Shown: one piece after another, positions 25,462 to 35,177 of the stretch
Numbering within the stretch: the first letter of the stretch is position 1
Layout of the letters: each line of letters starts with the position of its first letter
Source of the DNA: a virus
Taxonomy: Duplodnaviria; Caudoviricetes
Length of the DNA: 54,698 nucleotides
Strand: one strand, 5' to 3'
IMG/VR virus record: IMGVR_UViG_3300032334_000224
Span: 1 to 54,698 of that record
Position numbers and translations under genes: made by a program
The notes under the pieces: model-generated
What the model was told of the DNA's origin: nothing
The model's input: the letters and a program-made list of their open reading frames with translations, nothing else
Database searches by the model: none

Positions 25462-26433
25462 ATGAAAAAAGCATTAGTATTAGGTGGGGGCGGCTTTATT
25501 GGGTCGCATATGGTAAATCGATTAAAGGCAGAAGGGTTTTGGGTAAGAGCTGTGGATTTAAAATACCCAGAGTTTTCAGAAACACAAGCCGACGATTTTA
25601 TTCAAGGGGATCTCAGAGATCCTGTTGTTTGTAGATCTGCAGTTGATCAAAAGTTTGATGAGGTATATCAGTTCGCAGCCGACATGGGTGGCGCTGGTTT
25701 TGTTTTCACTGGAGAAAATGATGCTGATATTATGCATAATTCAGCACTTATTAACCTCAATGTCTTGGAAGCATGTTTAAGACGCAACAGCAAAAAAATA
25801 TTTTATTCAGGATCTGCCTGCATGTATCCTGAACACAATCAAATGGATCCTGACAATCCTAACTGCGAAGAAAGCAGTGCTTACCCTGCAAATCCTGATA
25901 GTGAATACGGATGGGAAAAGTTATTCAGCGAAAGATTGTACATGGCATTCGCAAGAAACTATGGTTTTGAATCACGCATTGCAAGATATCATAATATCTT
26001 CGGTCCGGAAGGCACATGGCAAGGCGGCAGAGAAAAAGCACCTGCGGCTATATGTAGAAAAGTTGCTATGGCAGCAGATGGAGATGAGATTGAAATCTGG
26101 GGTGATGGTAAACAGACTAGATCTTTTCTAATCATTGACGAATGCATCGAAGGATCTTTAAAACTAATGAGGTCTGATTTTATGGGTCCTGTAAATATCG
26201 GGTCTGATGAAATGGTAACTATCAATCAGTTAGTTGATATGGTTGCTGAGGTTGCTGGTAAACAGATTATTAAAAACCATATCCCTGGACCAGAGGGTGT
26301 TAGAGGAAGAAACTCCGACAATAATCTAATAAAAGAGAAACTAGGATGGGCTCCTAGCAACTCTTTGAAATGGGGCTTAGAAAAAACATATCCTTGGATC
26401 CTAGAACAGATTAACAGAGGTAAAAATGCATAA
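25462..26433 (+). CDS. NAD-dependent epimerase, GDP-mannose 3,5-epimerase-like
   Basis: GGGGFIG, AADMGGAGF, SAC.YP, YGWEK, GGREKAPAA.CRK, GPEGVRGRNSDN. Confidence 0.9.
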   Translation: MKKALVLGGGGFIGSHMVNRLKAEGFWVRAVDLKYPEFSETQADDFIQGDLRDPVVCRSAVDQKFDEVYQFAADMGGAGFVFTGENDADIMHNSALINLNVLEACLRRNSKKIFYSGSACMYPEHNQMDPDNPNCEESSAYPANPDSEYGWEKLFSERLYMAFARNYGFESRIARYHNIFGPEGTWQGGREKAPAAICRKVAMAADGDEIEIWGDGKQTRSFLIIDECIEGSLKLMRSDFMGPVNIGSDEMVTINQLVDMVAEVAGKQIIKNHIPGPEGVRGRNSDNNLIKEKLGWAPSNSLKWGLEKTYPWILEQINRGKNA

Positions 26434-27418
26434 ACCCACATTAGTTATTGTCGGCGGCCATATTGATCGGCTTATGTCGTTTGGCTTTGACGAGTGTTGG
26501 AAAGAAGTAGCAACAAAATATTTTAACTTCGAACACTACGAAGAAAACAAAACATATGACAGGGCTACTACTTTCTTAATGATGGCTCAGGCATATCTTG
26601 ATCCAGGAATACGTGAAAGTTTTAAAGATAAGAAAGTTATTATTGACTTAACATGGGAAGGTAAGTATGCCAAATGGGGCGAAACGTATATTAACAAAGA
26701 ACCCCATCATATTGTGTTATACGGAAGTTATTCACCAATCGAAGAACCGGGTGCTGTATTTTCTCCAAACTTCTTTTGGTATAATACCAGCTTGGCTAAT
26801 ATCTTCAGAGGCTATCACAAGTATGTTCCTAACAGAAACTATTCTAAAAAGTTTCTCATGCCTATCGGAAGAAAACGCCAATGGAGAGATCGAGTAGTCG
26901 ACATGCTTGAACCCTATCTCGATGATGCATATTGGAGTTATCAGAGAAGAGACAAAGCATTACCGGACGATCAAGTGACAAAACGATATGACATTTATTT
27001 TCAAAATCCTATGTGGTATGACGATACTTGTTTTAGTCTTGTGCTAGAATCGTTAACTACTCAAACTATTACACACGAATCTCCAATTTTTCTAACAGAA
27101 AAAATGTTTAAACCGTTTAGTGGTCAGCAACCGTATATGGTTGTGTCCGCAGCTAACACATTGAAATTTTTATCAGATCAGGGATTCGAAACTTATGATA
27201 ACCTGTTCAATGAACAGTACGACATCGAAACAGACTTTGAGAAAAAGATGAACATCATAGTTGATAACATAAAAAACTATGAAAAAGGTCCTCATGATGC
27301 TATTACATTAGAAAAGATAGATCATAACTTTAATAGATTTTATGATGTAGAAACTATTACAGCAGGGTTTGAAAGAGAACTTGTAAACCCTATATACAAA
27401 TACATCAACTCAAATTAG
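26426..27418 (+). CDS. GT10 (fucosyltransferase)-like protein
   Basis: FSLVLES..FLTEK.FKP motif; GFETYD. Confidence 0.65.
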   Translation: MHKPTLVIVGGHIDRLMSFGFDECWKEVATKYFNFEHYEENKTYDRATTFLMMAQAYLDPGIRESFKDKKVIIDLTWEGKYAKWGETYINKEPHHIVLYGSYSPIEEPGAVFSPNFFWYNTSLANIFRGYHKYVPNRNYSKKFLMPIGRKRQWRDRVVDMLEPYLDDAYWSYQRRDKALPDDQVTKRYDIYFQNPMWYDDTCFSLVLESLTTQTITHESPIFLTEKMFKPFSGQQPYMVVSAANTLKFLSDQGFETYDNLFNEQYDIETDFEKKMNIIVDNIKNYEKGPHDAITLEKIDHNFNRFYDVETITAGFERELVNPIYKYINSN

Positions 27419-28316
27419 GTCGTAGCAAGCATAGGCGTTCTCGCATAAAACGCCATGCTTCGCCAAATGCGATCTCTTCTTCGTTCCAATGACTTTGAGA
27501 AATCCTATTAACCCATTCTTCTCTGTCAAATAAAATAGGATTTTCTATCGTTGATAGATCTGTATTGCAAATAGGGTTTGTCTGGCTTCTATAACTTTCA
27601 GGATCAGTGACAAACGCAGGAACACCATTTATAAGACTGGCAACTCCTGGACTGCTATTATATGTTATAGTAGCATGTGCTTTATAGAAATCTTCTACAA
27701 TAGTTGCATTAGTGCTGATCTTATAATCATTGCTGAATCTTAGTTGTTCTTGTTTTCTGTCACCTGGATGTTTTCTAACTACTATAGGCCTGTCAGTGTA
27801 TTGTCTAATAGCAGCAACAGTATTATCAAGCCATGTCTGTACATTAGTACCATCCATACTCCATCCGTCGACTCGTTGTAGGCATATGAGGATATGACGA
27901 CCTTTACTGTATGGTTTTAGTTCAATATCTAGTTTTCGACTTATTGATTCCCATCGAGTGTTATCTATTTTATTGTCAAAATAGAAACCGGTATGTGGAA
28001 ATATTCCGTTAAGACTGTATCTAAGATAATAGTTTGCTAGATTGGGGTTTGCAAACTGAAATAAGTTACTATCAATGATGATAGTATTTTCGTTATTGTC
28101 TAATACATTTCGACGCAGTTGTAGGTGTGCAGATGCAACGTCTCTATGAACAAATCCCTGTAATAACGCAACATCTGCATCAACTAATCTGTGATCAGTA
28201 ACATACTCAACAGTGTCGCCAAGAATAGATATCCCTTGACCGAATCGTCTAAGGGCTGCGATTTTAATTTCGCTTTTATTTTTAGGTACTGCTGCCAGAT
28301 ATATTGCTATTTTCAC
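27405..28316 (-). CDS. KpsS/KpsC-like glycosyltransferase
   Basis: VRKHP, ITYNSSPGV.SL.NGVP, REEW. Confidence 0.75.
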   Translation of the reverse strand: MKIAIYLAAVPKNKSEIKIAALRRFGQGISILGDTVEYVTDHRLVDADVALLQGFVHRDVASAHLQLRRNVLDNNENTIIIDSNLFQFANPNLANYYLRYSLNGIFPHTGFYFDNKIDNTRWESISRKLDIELKPYSKGRHILICLQRVDGWSMDGTNVQTWLDNTVAAIRQYTDRPIVVRKHPGDRKQEQLRFSNDYKISTNATIVEDFYKAHATITYNSSPGVASLINGVPAFVTDPESYRSQTNPICNTDLSTIENPILFDREEWVNRISQSHWNEEEIAFGEAWRFMRERLCLLRPNLS

Positions 28317-29928
28317 TTAGGATTCCCCATGCGGTGCCATCTCTCATTTCTAGTTCTGTAAACTGACTGTATGCTAAATGGCATGCCCAGTTAAACACTT
28401 CATCCTTAGAAGGAATGTATGGTCTTTCTATTTCGGCTAAAGATTTAGAACACAATGAATGCGCAGCATTGGGACCAAGTGTGATTGCTGGTTTGCCGAG
28501 TAGCAATGCCTCAGTGGCCGCAATACTATTAAAAGTTACTAAGCAATGAACATTATTATCTAGGGCCTGTGCTAGTGTATTAGTATGAACTCTCGCAGAT
28601 CTACCTTGTTTTAATCTAATAACGATCGGTCTATCAGTGTGTTGCTTGATAGTATTAACAGTTTCTTCCATCCACTGCTCGAGATCTAAATCAAAGAATG
28701 CCATAACTTTAGCACTAGGTGGACATACTAAAATATCACGTCCTGGTCTAAACTTTTTCAGTTTGACACCACATCTCTCAAATCTATCTGCAGGACGCTC
28801 GATCACAGGATAGATATTTTGTAAGTGATTTTTTGTACAGCGATGATATGTTTTCTTTTTGCCGTTGCCAAAATATCCAGTGTCAATATAATAGAAATCT
28901 CTTTTCTTTTCCCAACAGTCATGTATCTGTTTTCGTTTAGCAATGCCACGTATAACCACAGGAGTTGTGTCATTTTCTACTTTACTATATGTGGTAATCT
29001 GGCCGCCTGATCCCATGATGAACCCGTACAGCCACGGATCATATACTGCACCTTTTTCAGCGTATCTAAATTCGCTATCAATAGCTTGGATGTTGTTGTT
29101 CTGCACTTTACTAATTTCCTCTAATAGAGTTTCCTTGGTTGTACTGTAATATTCATTTTTCGGATCAACTCGATACTCGATTAGTTTATCTATCACAGAG
29201 TTAATAGCTGGAGGGAGGTGAGCATACTTATGCGGTACTGGAGGTGATATCAAAGAGCGTTCGTATACATTTCTTTCTCTTTCCCAAAGAGCTCCATACT
29301 CACAATGTGCATAGTTGTCAAACCAAGGACCGCCTTCAGTATAGTGTATGGCCATAGGAATACCATTTTGCGGTTGTTTATAATGCCCTACTAGCCAGTT
29401 CCATTGATGGCTAATATCTCCGATCTCGTGATCTTCTAACCAACTAAATCTATGTAGGAATTGTCCATCCTGTGAGTTAACTTGTTCCGGAGTAAGGCCC
29501 TGTTTATTTTTTGGATGTCCGCAGTTAATTAACATTAGCGAGCTCCAGTTTTTACGTGGATACGGCAACTGTTGTTGTCCGTCCATCTTTGTTCCGGCTG
29601 GAGGATTGTAATCATGCTTAACAACCATCACTGCATATCGTTCATCTTTAAGATCAAATAAGTGTTTGACATCTTCAAGGAACAGGAAATCACAGTCGCA
29701 AAAAATAGCCCACCCTTCGTAGTTCATAAGATACGGCACTAAGAATCTAGTAAATGTAAACTCTGTAGAACTCATAGGATCTACTTCTCTGGTGTAGATT
29801 CCTTGCTCTCTCAACTCATCTTGCTTTAAAGGTATAACTTCTGCAGAATCTCGTCTTCTAATAATGCTGCTTCGACATACCTGATAAGCAATATCTTCGC
29901 GACTATCCCAACCAACAAAAATTTTCAT
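28282..29928 (-). CDS. bifunctional GT8-like plus KpsS-like glycosyltransferase
   Basis: N-domain IFVGWDSRE, STEFTFTRF, DCDF, YPRKNWSS, HYTEGGPW; C-domain YIDTGYF, VTFNSIAATEA. Confidence 0.8.
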   Translation of the reverse strand: MKIFVGWDSREDIAYQVCRSSIIRRRDSAEVIPLKQDELREQGIYTREVDPMSSTEFTFTRFLVPYLMNYEGWAIFCDCDFLFLEDVKHLFDLKDERYAVMVVKHDYNPPAGTKMDGQQQLPYPRKNWSSLMLINCGHPKNKQGLTPEQVNSQDGQFLHRFSWLEDHEIGDISHQWNWLVGHYKQPQNGIPMAIHYTEGGPWFDNYAHCEYGALWERERNVYERSLISPPVPHKYAHLPPAINSVIDKLIEYRVDPKNEYYSTTKETLLEEISKVQNNNIQAIDSEFRYAEKGAVYDPWLYGFIMGSGGQITTYSKVENDTTPVVIRGIAKRKQIHDCWEKKRDFYYIDTGYFGNGKKKTYHRCTKNHLQNIYPVIERPADRFERCGVKLKKFRPGRDILVCPPSAKVMAFFDLDLEQWMEETVNTIKQHTDRPIVIRLKQGRSARVHTNTLAQALDNNVHCLVTFNSIAATEALLLGKPAITLGPNAAHSLCSKSLAEIERPYIPSKDEVFNWACHLAYSQFTELEMRDGTAWGILSENSNISGSST

Positions 29929-30734
29929 ATTGTTTCTTCTTCTAACATTGTTTTGGCTTTGCCATTTTTTAATTCTGATACATGGAACTGGCCATAGGCT
30001 AAATGGCAGGCCCACTGATATATTTTATCCATTTCTGGATAATATGGGTTTTCGATTTGAGTTAAATCTTGACTAGATACTGGACTAGCTGCATTGCATG
30101 GAGCGAGAGTAAATGTAGGTATACCGTACATTACTGCTTCTGTGGCAGCATTTGAGTTGAATGTCACTAATGCAAATACATCATTATCGAGAGCATTTTT
30201 TAATGTATCTGTCTGTACTCTATCTATTCTATTCGGCGCCCGCTCTCTTACTTCTACAGGACGATCTGTATGTTGTTTTATAATGTTAACAGTGTCAATG
30301 ACCCATTGTTCTAAATCAATATCATAGAACTTACAGGGCTTTATATCTGGCTTAGCGATTAAAATCTTGCGACCATCTTTTTTCCACGGAGTTAACTTTT
30401 TTCCAAACTGTTCCCAACGATCGCTGGGTCTTGGTACTATTTCTCCGTGTTGTAGATTGTTTTTAACTATTCGATGCCAATACTTCCACCCATTGGGATT
30501 GGCTGTTGTTTTTTCATTACCAAAGTATCCAGTGTCCATATAAAAGAAATCTCGTTGGTCGGCCCAACACTGTTTCATGATTTTATGTTTTAGGATACCA
30601 CGCAATGCGATTGGATCTGTGCTGTCGCTGTAGTTAAAATATTCAGTATTAACAGGCACGGCGTTATCAGCTGTTGCCATGGCGTTGATGTATTCATCTG
30701 TGCCGTCTTTGCTGAGGTAGATCCACTTTCTCAT
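29925..30734 (-). CDS. KpsS/KpsC-like glycosyltransferase
   Basis: YMDTGYFG, VTFNSNAATEA..GIP; close paralogue of the C-domain of the adjacent gene. Confidence 0.78.
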   Translation of the reverse strand: MRKWIYLSKDGTDEYINAMATADNAVPVNTEYFNYSDSTDPIALRGILKHKIMKQCWADQRDFFYMDTGYFGNEKTTANPNGWKYWHRIVKNNLQHGEIVPRPSDRWEQFGKKLTPWKKDGRKILIAKPDIKPCKFYDIDLEQWVIDTVNIIKQHTDRPVEVRERAPNRIDRVQTDTLKNALDNDVFALVTFNSNAATEAVMYGIPTFTLAPCNAASPVSSQDLTQIENPYYPEMDKIYQWACHLAYGQFHVSELKNGKAKTMLEEETI

Positions 30735-31492
30735 CTACGCTCGATATCCTCTTCTGCGCATTCATCTCCGTATTGTATTTCTACAACCTTTAACGGTGCA
30801 TTGTGGGGATTGGTCAGTTGATGCCATTCGTGTGTTAGTATCTTAGTGTCAATATGCTTTCTAAGAATAATCGATGGCAAGGAATAACCACTAGACATTT
30901 CTCTGTTAACTAAAGCTTCACCCTCACTGACAATCCAATACTCTGCACGATTTTTATGTCGCTGCATTGATAAACTACATCCCGGATTAACTGTAAGCTC
31001 TTTAACTTTCAATCCCGGAACTTCGTGTAAGACACGATAGTAACCCCAAGGACGTTCTGTCTTAGGAGCTTTCCATTCTTGGAGAATCCAACTGCTAGAG
31101 TTGGCTTTATTAAAACCACCTATGCCAAAATGGAATTCTAGATTGTCGTCATCTATATCCATTTCTGGAATATTTTCGTCAGTGCGATCGCCACCGTTAG
31201 CGAAAATAATTTTATCGTTAGGGTAACTCTGTCGTACCATCCAGATAGCACGTTTAGCACTACCGTCACTGTCATCGAAATCGATAACAAAATCAACTCC
31301 TACAATACTTTTAACAACGGCAGATCGTTCTGGATAGGGCATAAAAGGCGCACCCTTTTTGCGTGTTAACCATGCATCTGAGTTAACACCAACAACAAGT
31401 ATGTCGCCTAGTTCTTTTGCTGCTTTGATATAAGCAATGTGACCTGAGTGGATCGGATCAAACCCACCTGTAATAAGTACAATCTTTTTCAT
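30731..31492 (-). CDS. cytidylyltransferase fused to a mannose-6-phosphate isomerase-type cupin
   Basis: GGFDPIHSGH, GVNSD, ANGGDR; RPWGYY, LSMQRH..R.EYW, EIQYG..EEDIER. Confidence 0.9.
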   Translation of the reverse strand: MKKIVLITGGFDPIHSGHIAYIKAAKELGDILVVGVNSDAWLTRKKGAPFMPYPERSAVVKSIVGVDFVIDFDDSDGSAKRAIWMVRQSYPNDKIIFANGGDRTDENIPEMDIDDDNLEFHFGIGGFNKANSSSWILQEWKAPKTERPWGYYRVLHEVPGLKVKELTVNPGCSLSMQRHKNRAEYWIVSEGEALVNREMSSGYSLPSIILRKHIDTKILTHEWHQLTNPHNAPLKVVEIQYGDECAEEDIERR

Positions 31493-31513
31493 GCAGATAT
31501 TTATCTGCGCATA

Positions 31514-32032
31514 TTACCTGCTGGTATTGATACGGAATTCTAACACAAGTTCAGCATCACTTTGCCAATCAGCAAACTGTGATCGCCACCATTCTTCATC
31601 TTTTAATAAAGCATAGGGTTTGGATTTTAAACTTGAGGGCTTCGGTGGTTGGAGTTGTAGTGTTATATAACAGAACTTTGCAGATACTCGTTCTAGTCGA
31701 GATTTTATTTCTTTTAGTTCATCTTCTGTTACAAAATATAATACATCTAAACAAATAGATCCGTCAAACTTTTGATTCCAATCTGGTTCTTTTGCTAACG
31801 GTTCATATGCAGGATCAAACTGATAAATGTTGTCTAGATCCAATCCAAACTGTTCATGTACTTTGTATTCTGTATATTGTACACCTTTTCCACACCCATA
31901 GTCTAATAGAGTTTTACAACTGTATTTGTCTATTAAATTCTTGATAGCATCAGCATATTGCATAGTGCCTTTGCCACTCCATGTGTTTTGTGTAGCATGG
32001 AAAGTTTTACTTCGTTCTAGCTGTTCGCTCAT
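31514..32032 (-). CDS. class I SAM methyltransferase
   Basis: LLDYGCGKG, FDPA, C.DVL. Confidence 0.85.
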   Translation of the reverse strand: MSEQLERSKTFHATQNTWSGKGTMQYADAIKNLIDKYSCKTLLDYGCGKGVQYTEYKVHEQFGLDLDNIYQFDPAYEPLAKEPDWNQKFDGSICLDVLYFVTEDELKEIKSRLERVSAKFCYITLQLQPPKPSSLKSKPYALLKDEEWWRSQFADWQSDAELVLEFRINTSR

Positions 32033-32484
32033 AGAGTTGCGTCTTCAAGTCCTGCTGTGCGCAGTTTAACAATGTTAGATACTTGCCACTGTTTAATGTC
32101 AAGTGCTTTGATAATGCCTAGCCATTTATTTCGGAGTAGAGCAAAATCATTGATAATTTTTTCAAAGTCAACTACATCGGCCTCGCCTTCTACAAACTTT
32201 TCACAGTCTCTAGAAGACAAGGACCTTTGATAGTTTTCTAAATATTTACGAAAGTGCTGACTACGAAGTCGACGAAGTTCGATATTGAGATATTCTAAGA
32301 TACCTTCAATCTCCTGTAACTGATTAAATCGGTTTTCAACGATACCTGGCATCTGTGCCGAAATCTTTTCTAAACTACCTGATACTTTGCAATCAAACTT
32401 TGCTTGAAGTAACTCAGCTTCGTAGAATGCAACTGCATCCGGAATATTAGAAATATCCTTGCTAACCTTATCGTACCAGTTCAT
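32029..32484 (-). CDS. uvsY: recombination mediator UvsY
   Basis: Helical protein ending K.WQ..NIVKLR.AG, close to uvsX. Confidence 0.8.
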   Translation of the reverse strand: MNWYDKVSKDISNIPDAVAFYEAELLQAKFDCKVSGSLEKISAQMPGIVENRFNQLQEIEGILEYLNIELRRLRSQHFRKYLENYQRSLSSRDCEKFVEGEADVVDFEKIINDFALLRNKWLGIIKALDIKQWQVSNIVKLRTAGLEDATL

Positions 32485-32720
32485 TAATCCTCGTCTTCGT
32501 AATATTCATCTTCGTCTTCACTATAGTCTTCACCATCAGTTGCATACTCAATGGCTTGGTCTAAGTAAGGATCGATTCCTAACAGATTATCTAATACAGA
32601 CTCCTTAATACCGTGATCTAACAAAGTATTAACAAAGTCTGCGGCTACGTCTTTCTTTTGCTTTTCAGGAATATGCTCGACAACAACATTCCATAAGTCT
32701 GCAATCAAATCATCTTTCAT
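32484..32720 (-). CDS. small acidic protein
   Basis: Coupled between uvsX and uvsY. Confidence 0.75.
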   Translation of the reverse strand: MKDDLIADLWNVVVEHIPEKQKKDVAADFVNTLLDHGIKESVLDNLLGIDPYLDQAIEYATDGEDYSEDEDEYYEDED

Positions 32721-33796
32721 TCAGTGACCTCCAAGTCTGATTCAACTGTAGTAGTTATCTCAGAACCGGATTTTTCACCGTGTTTAGAAATATCTTCCAT
32801 AACCTTATCAAGTCCTTGGTTGTCATTGCGTTCCCATGCCTTACGGAACTGTTTGATGATTTCACCATCAGTGGTCGTATAGACAAGACTGTTTCCTTCT
32901 TTCTTAAGCATGCCTTTGGCTTCAAACAAGTCGACCAGTCCACTATATGGATTCATACCTGTTTCATAAGGAATCTTTACTTGCACACTTTCAAACGGTT
33001 TAGCGTAGCGTGTTTTCATTACCTTACATGCGGCACGAATACCTTTTACTTCGCTAATCTTATTACCATCTTCGTCTTCTTTAAGTTTCAATTTACGCAT
33101 TGCTACTACGATTGAACTTGCATAGATAAAACCTTGACCACCTGAAATCTTGTCATCTGGATCAAACATATCTTGCGAAGCGTATGTGTGATTAGTGGCA
33201 ACTAGACCAATGTTATGACTTCCGAACATGTTAACACAGTTACGAACAAGTGCGGTTAGTGCCTTGGGCTTACGACCCATATCACCTTTTAAATCGCCTG
33301 CTTCGAACTGATTAACGTCTGTTGGCGTTAGCAACATACCCAACGAATCAATAACAAAAAGGATCTTAGGACGATCTTCTTCGTTCATTGTTTTGTATTC
33401 TGCAATAAACTCAACAATGGTTTTTGCCACGTCATCGATCATAGCCATGTTCAACTTTAACAGTTTATCAGGACTTGTATCTACGCCTAGGGCATGAAGC
33501 CATTTTTCATCTAGAGCATTTTCTGTATCGATTAAGATTGGATAAATGCCTTGTGCTTGTGCATTCTTAACTAGATTGCCTGAGCAGATAAATGATTTAC
33601 CTGCGCCAGATTCGCCAGCGAATACAGTAACCTTACCTAACGGAATACCTCGATTAAAGTCACCACTAATCAAATAGTTTAGAGCAAAGTTATTAGTTGA
33701 TACCCAGTCAGTTGGGTCATTGAAACCAATGCTCAGACCTTCAATAGATTTAGTGATTGACTTTCTAAATTTAGAAATGTCAAATGCTTTAGCCAT
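32717..33796 (-). CDS. uvsX: RecA-like recombinase UvsX
   Basis: GESGAGKS, IDTENA, IDSLGM, SGG.G..Y. Confidence 0.95.
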   Translation of the reverse strand: MAKAFDISKFRKSITKSIEGLSIGFNDPTDWVSTNNFALNYLISGDFNRGIPLGKVTVFAGESGAGKSFICSGNLVKNAQAQGIYPILIDTENALDEKWLHALGVDTSPDKLLKLNMAMIDDVAKTIVEFIAEYKTMNEEDRPKILFVIDSLGMLLTPTDVNQFEAGDLKGDMGRKPKALTALVRNCVNMFGSHNIGLVATNHTYASQDMFDPDDKISGGQGFIYASSIVVAMRKLKLKEDEDGNKISEVKGIRAACKVMKTRYAKPFESVQVKIPYETGMNPYSGLVDLFEAKGMLKKEGNSLVYTTTDGEIIKQFRKAWERNDNQGLDKVMEDISKHGEKSGSEITTTVESDLEVTE

Positions 33797-33797
33797 A

Positions 33798-33989
33798 TTA
33801 GTTATCCAAGTCCATAGTGTTCCACTCTTTGATTACATCAAGTAGTTCTTGTTCTGTATTACAGACTGTCTTGGTAGTCTTCCAATCTTCTTTTTTATCA
33901 CGTCCACCAATTTCTACCATCCAAGCGTTGTCATAACGATTGATAGTGATCGATTCATTTACTTTTACAAGTTTAGTTAGTTTAGCCAT
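33798..33989 (-). CDS. hypothetical protein
   Basis: AGGAG SD. Confidence 0.75.
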   Translation of the reverse strand: MAKLTKLVKVNESITINRYDNAWMVEIGGRDKKEDWKTTKTVCNTEQELLDVIKEWNTMDLDN

Positions 33990-34010
33990 ATTGTTTCTCC
34001 TAAGTGATAG

Positions 34011-34036
34011 AGAGTGCGAGCGTGTGCCCGCACTCT
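34011..34036. other. intergenic hairpin after the SSB gene
   Basis: AGAGTGCG-N10-CGCACTCT without a clear U tract. Confidence 0.55.
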
Positions 34037-34046
34037 TGTTTAGCTA

Positions 34047-35027
34047 TTACTGCTTCTGACGGTTACGAATCATGGCAAGGATATCTTGCGCACGACTGTT
34101 GTCACCTGCTGGTGCTGCTGCAGGAGCAGCCGCTGCCGGAGCACTGGCTACCGGTGCTGGTGTGTCATCAGCATCTTCGTCAACCGGAGCGGCTGCACGA
34201 GTAGTTGCTTTATTAGGATCACCTGTGGCTTGACCCATGCCTGCGGGTTTGAAGTATTGACCCCAACGATCCATATCATAGGGTTCACCATCTACAGATG
34301 CTTCAAACATCTCCTTCATGACCTTGAGTTCAACATCAGTTGGTTTCTTAGGCAAGAAGTCTGACAAGTTAAACAGTTGGTGAGTCTGGAGTGCTGATTG
34401 TTCAACATCAGTCAATGCACGTTCACGACGACTCCACTTTGAAGTAGAATAGTCAGCGAATCCGCCTTTGCTAGTCTTAGCAATACGGAAGTCGACACCC
34501 TTAAGGTAGTCAGTTGGCAATTCATCCAACTCTGGATCCATCAACGCACTACGAATGATTTGATAGATTTGAGGTCCGATGATAAATCTACGGATTGGAT
34601 TTTCTGGGATCTTATCTTCCTTAAGCGGATCTTCAACAATGAAGCCTTGGAAAATGTATGAACGCTTTTTCCAATACTTACGACCCATTTCTTCTAGTGC
34701 TTTGTCTTTGAACCAACCACGCACTTCGCTGAGGATAGGACAAACAGAACCGTCATTATACATTTCCACGCATGGAACTTGTACTTGAACTGGTTTAGAA
34801 TCTGTTTCACCTTTGATACCTGCGAAAGGTAGCTTGATCATTGCACGTTCTACCCAGAAGAATGTATTGGCTGTGTTGCCATCTGGAAGGAAACGGATAA
34901 CCGCTTCTTTGCCTTCTTGCATGTTCCAATGTGGGTAAATTGCGTTGTCTCCACCGCCGGTGGATTGTCCTGTGGACTTTGATTGTGCTTCTTGAAGTTT
35001 AGCACGGATTTCTGCGAGAGTTGCCAT
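34047..35027 (-). CDS. single-stranded DNA-binding protein (gp32-like)
   Basis: IRFLPD, CP, YWKKR, KGG.ADY..S.W; low-complexity tail; AGGAGG SD. Confidence 0.93.
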   Translation of the reverse strand: MATLAEIRAKLQEAQSKSTGQSTGGGDNAIYPHWNMQEGKEAVIRFLPDGNTANTFFWVERAMIKLPFAGIKGETDSKPVQVQVPCVEMYNDGSVCPILSEVRGWFKDKALEEMGRKYWKKRSYIFQGFIVEDPLKEDKIPENPIRRFIIGPQIYQIIRSALMDPELDELPTDYLKGVDFRIAKTSKGGFADYSTSKWSRRERALTDVEQSALQTHQLFNLSDFLPKKPTDVELKVMKEMFEASVDGEPYDMDRWGQYFKPAGMGQATGDPNKATTRAAAPVDEDADDTPAPVASAPAAAAPAAAPAGDNSRAQDILAMIRNRQKQ

Positions 35028-35083
35028 TTTAAATGCCTCCTATGTTATGCCTAAAATGTTTATATGCCTTATGCACATGTTTT

Positions 35084-35112
35084 ATTATGCGCTTTTTATT
35101 TATCAAGGTCAA
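35084..35112 (-). promoter_or_regulatory. dual promoter for SSB: sigma70 with nested TAAATA
   Basis: TTGACC-TTGA-TAAATA-AAAAGCG-CATAAT (17-nt spacer). Confidence 0.75.
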
Positions 35113-35148
35113 CGATTATCTGCTGTTTTTTTGATAATGTTTTACCAA

Positions 35149-35177
35149 AAGAAAAGTGGGTCATGCCCACTTTTCTT
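35149..35177 (-). terminator. intrinsic terminator (possibly bidirectional)
   Basis: AAGAAAAGTGGG-N5-CCCACTTTTCTT. Confidence 0.8.

Noticed and set aside
29929-30015. N-terminal extension of the 577-aa ORF
   Set aside because: It lies within the upstream gene; the GT8-like domain starts at ATG 29928 with ATGA coupling.
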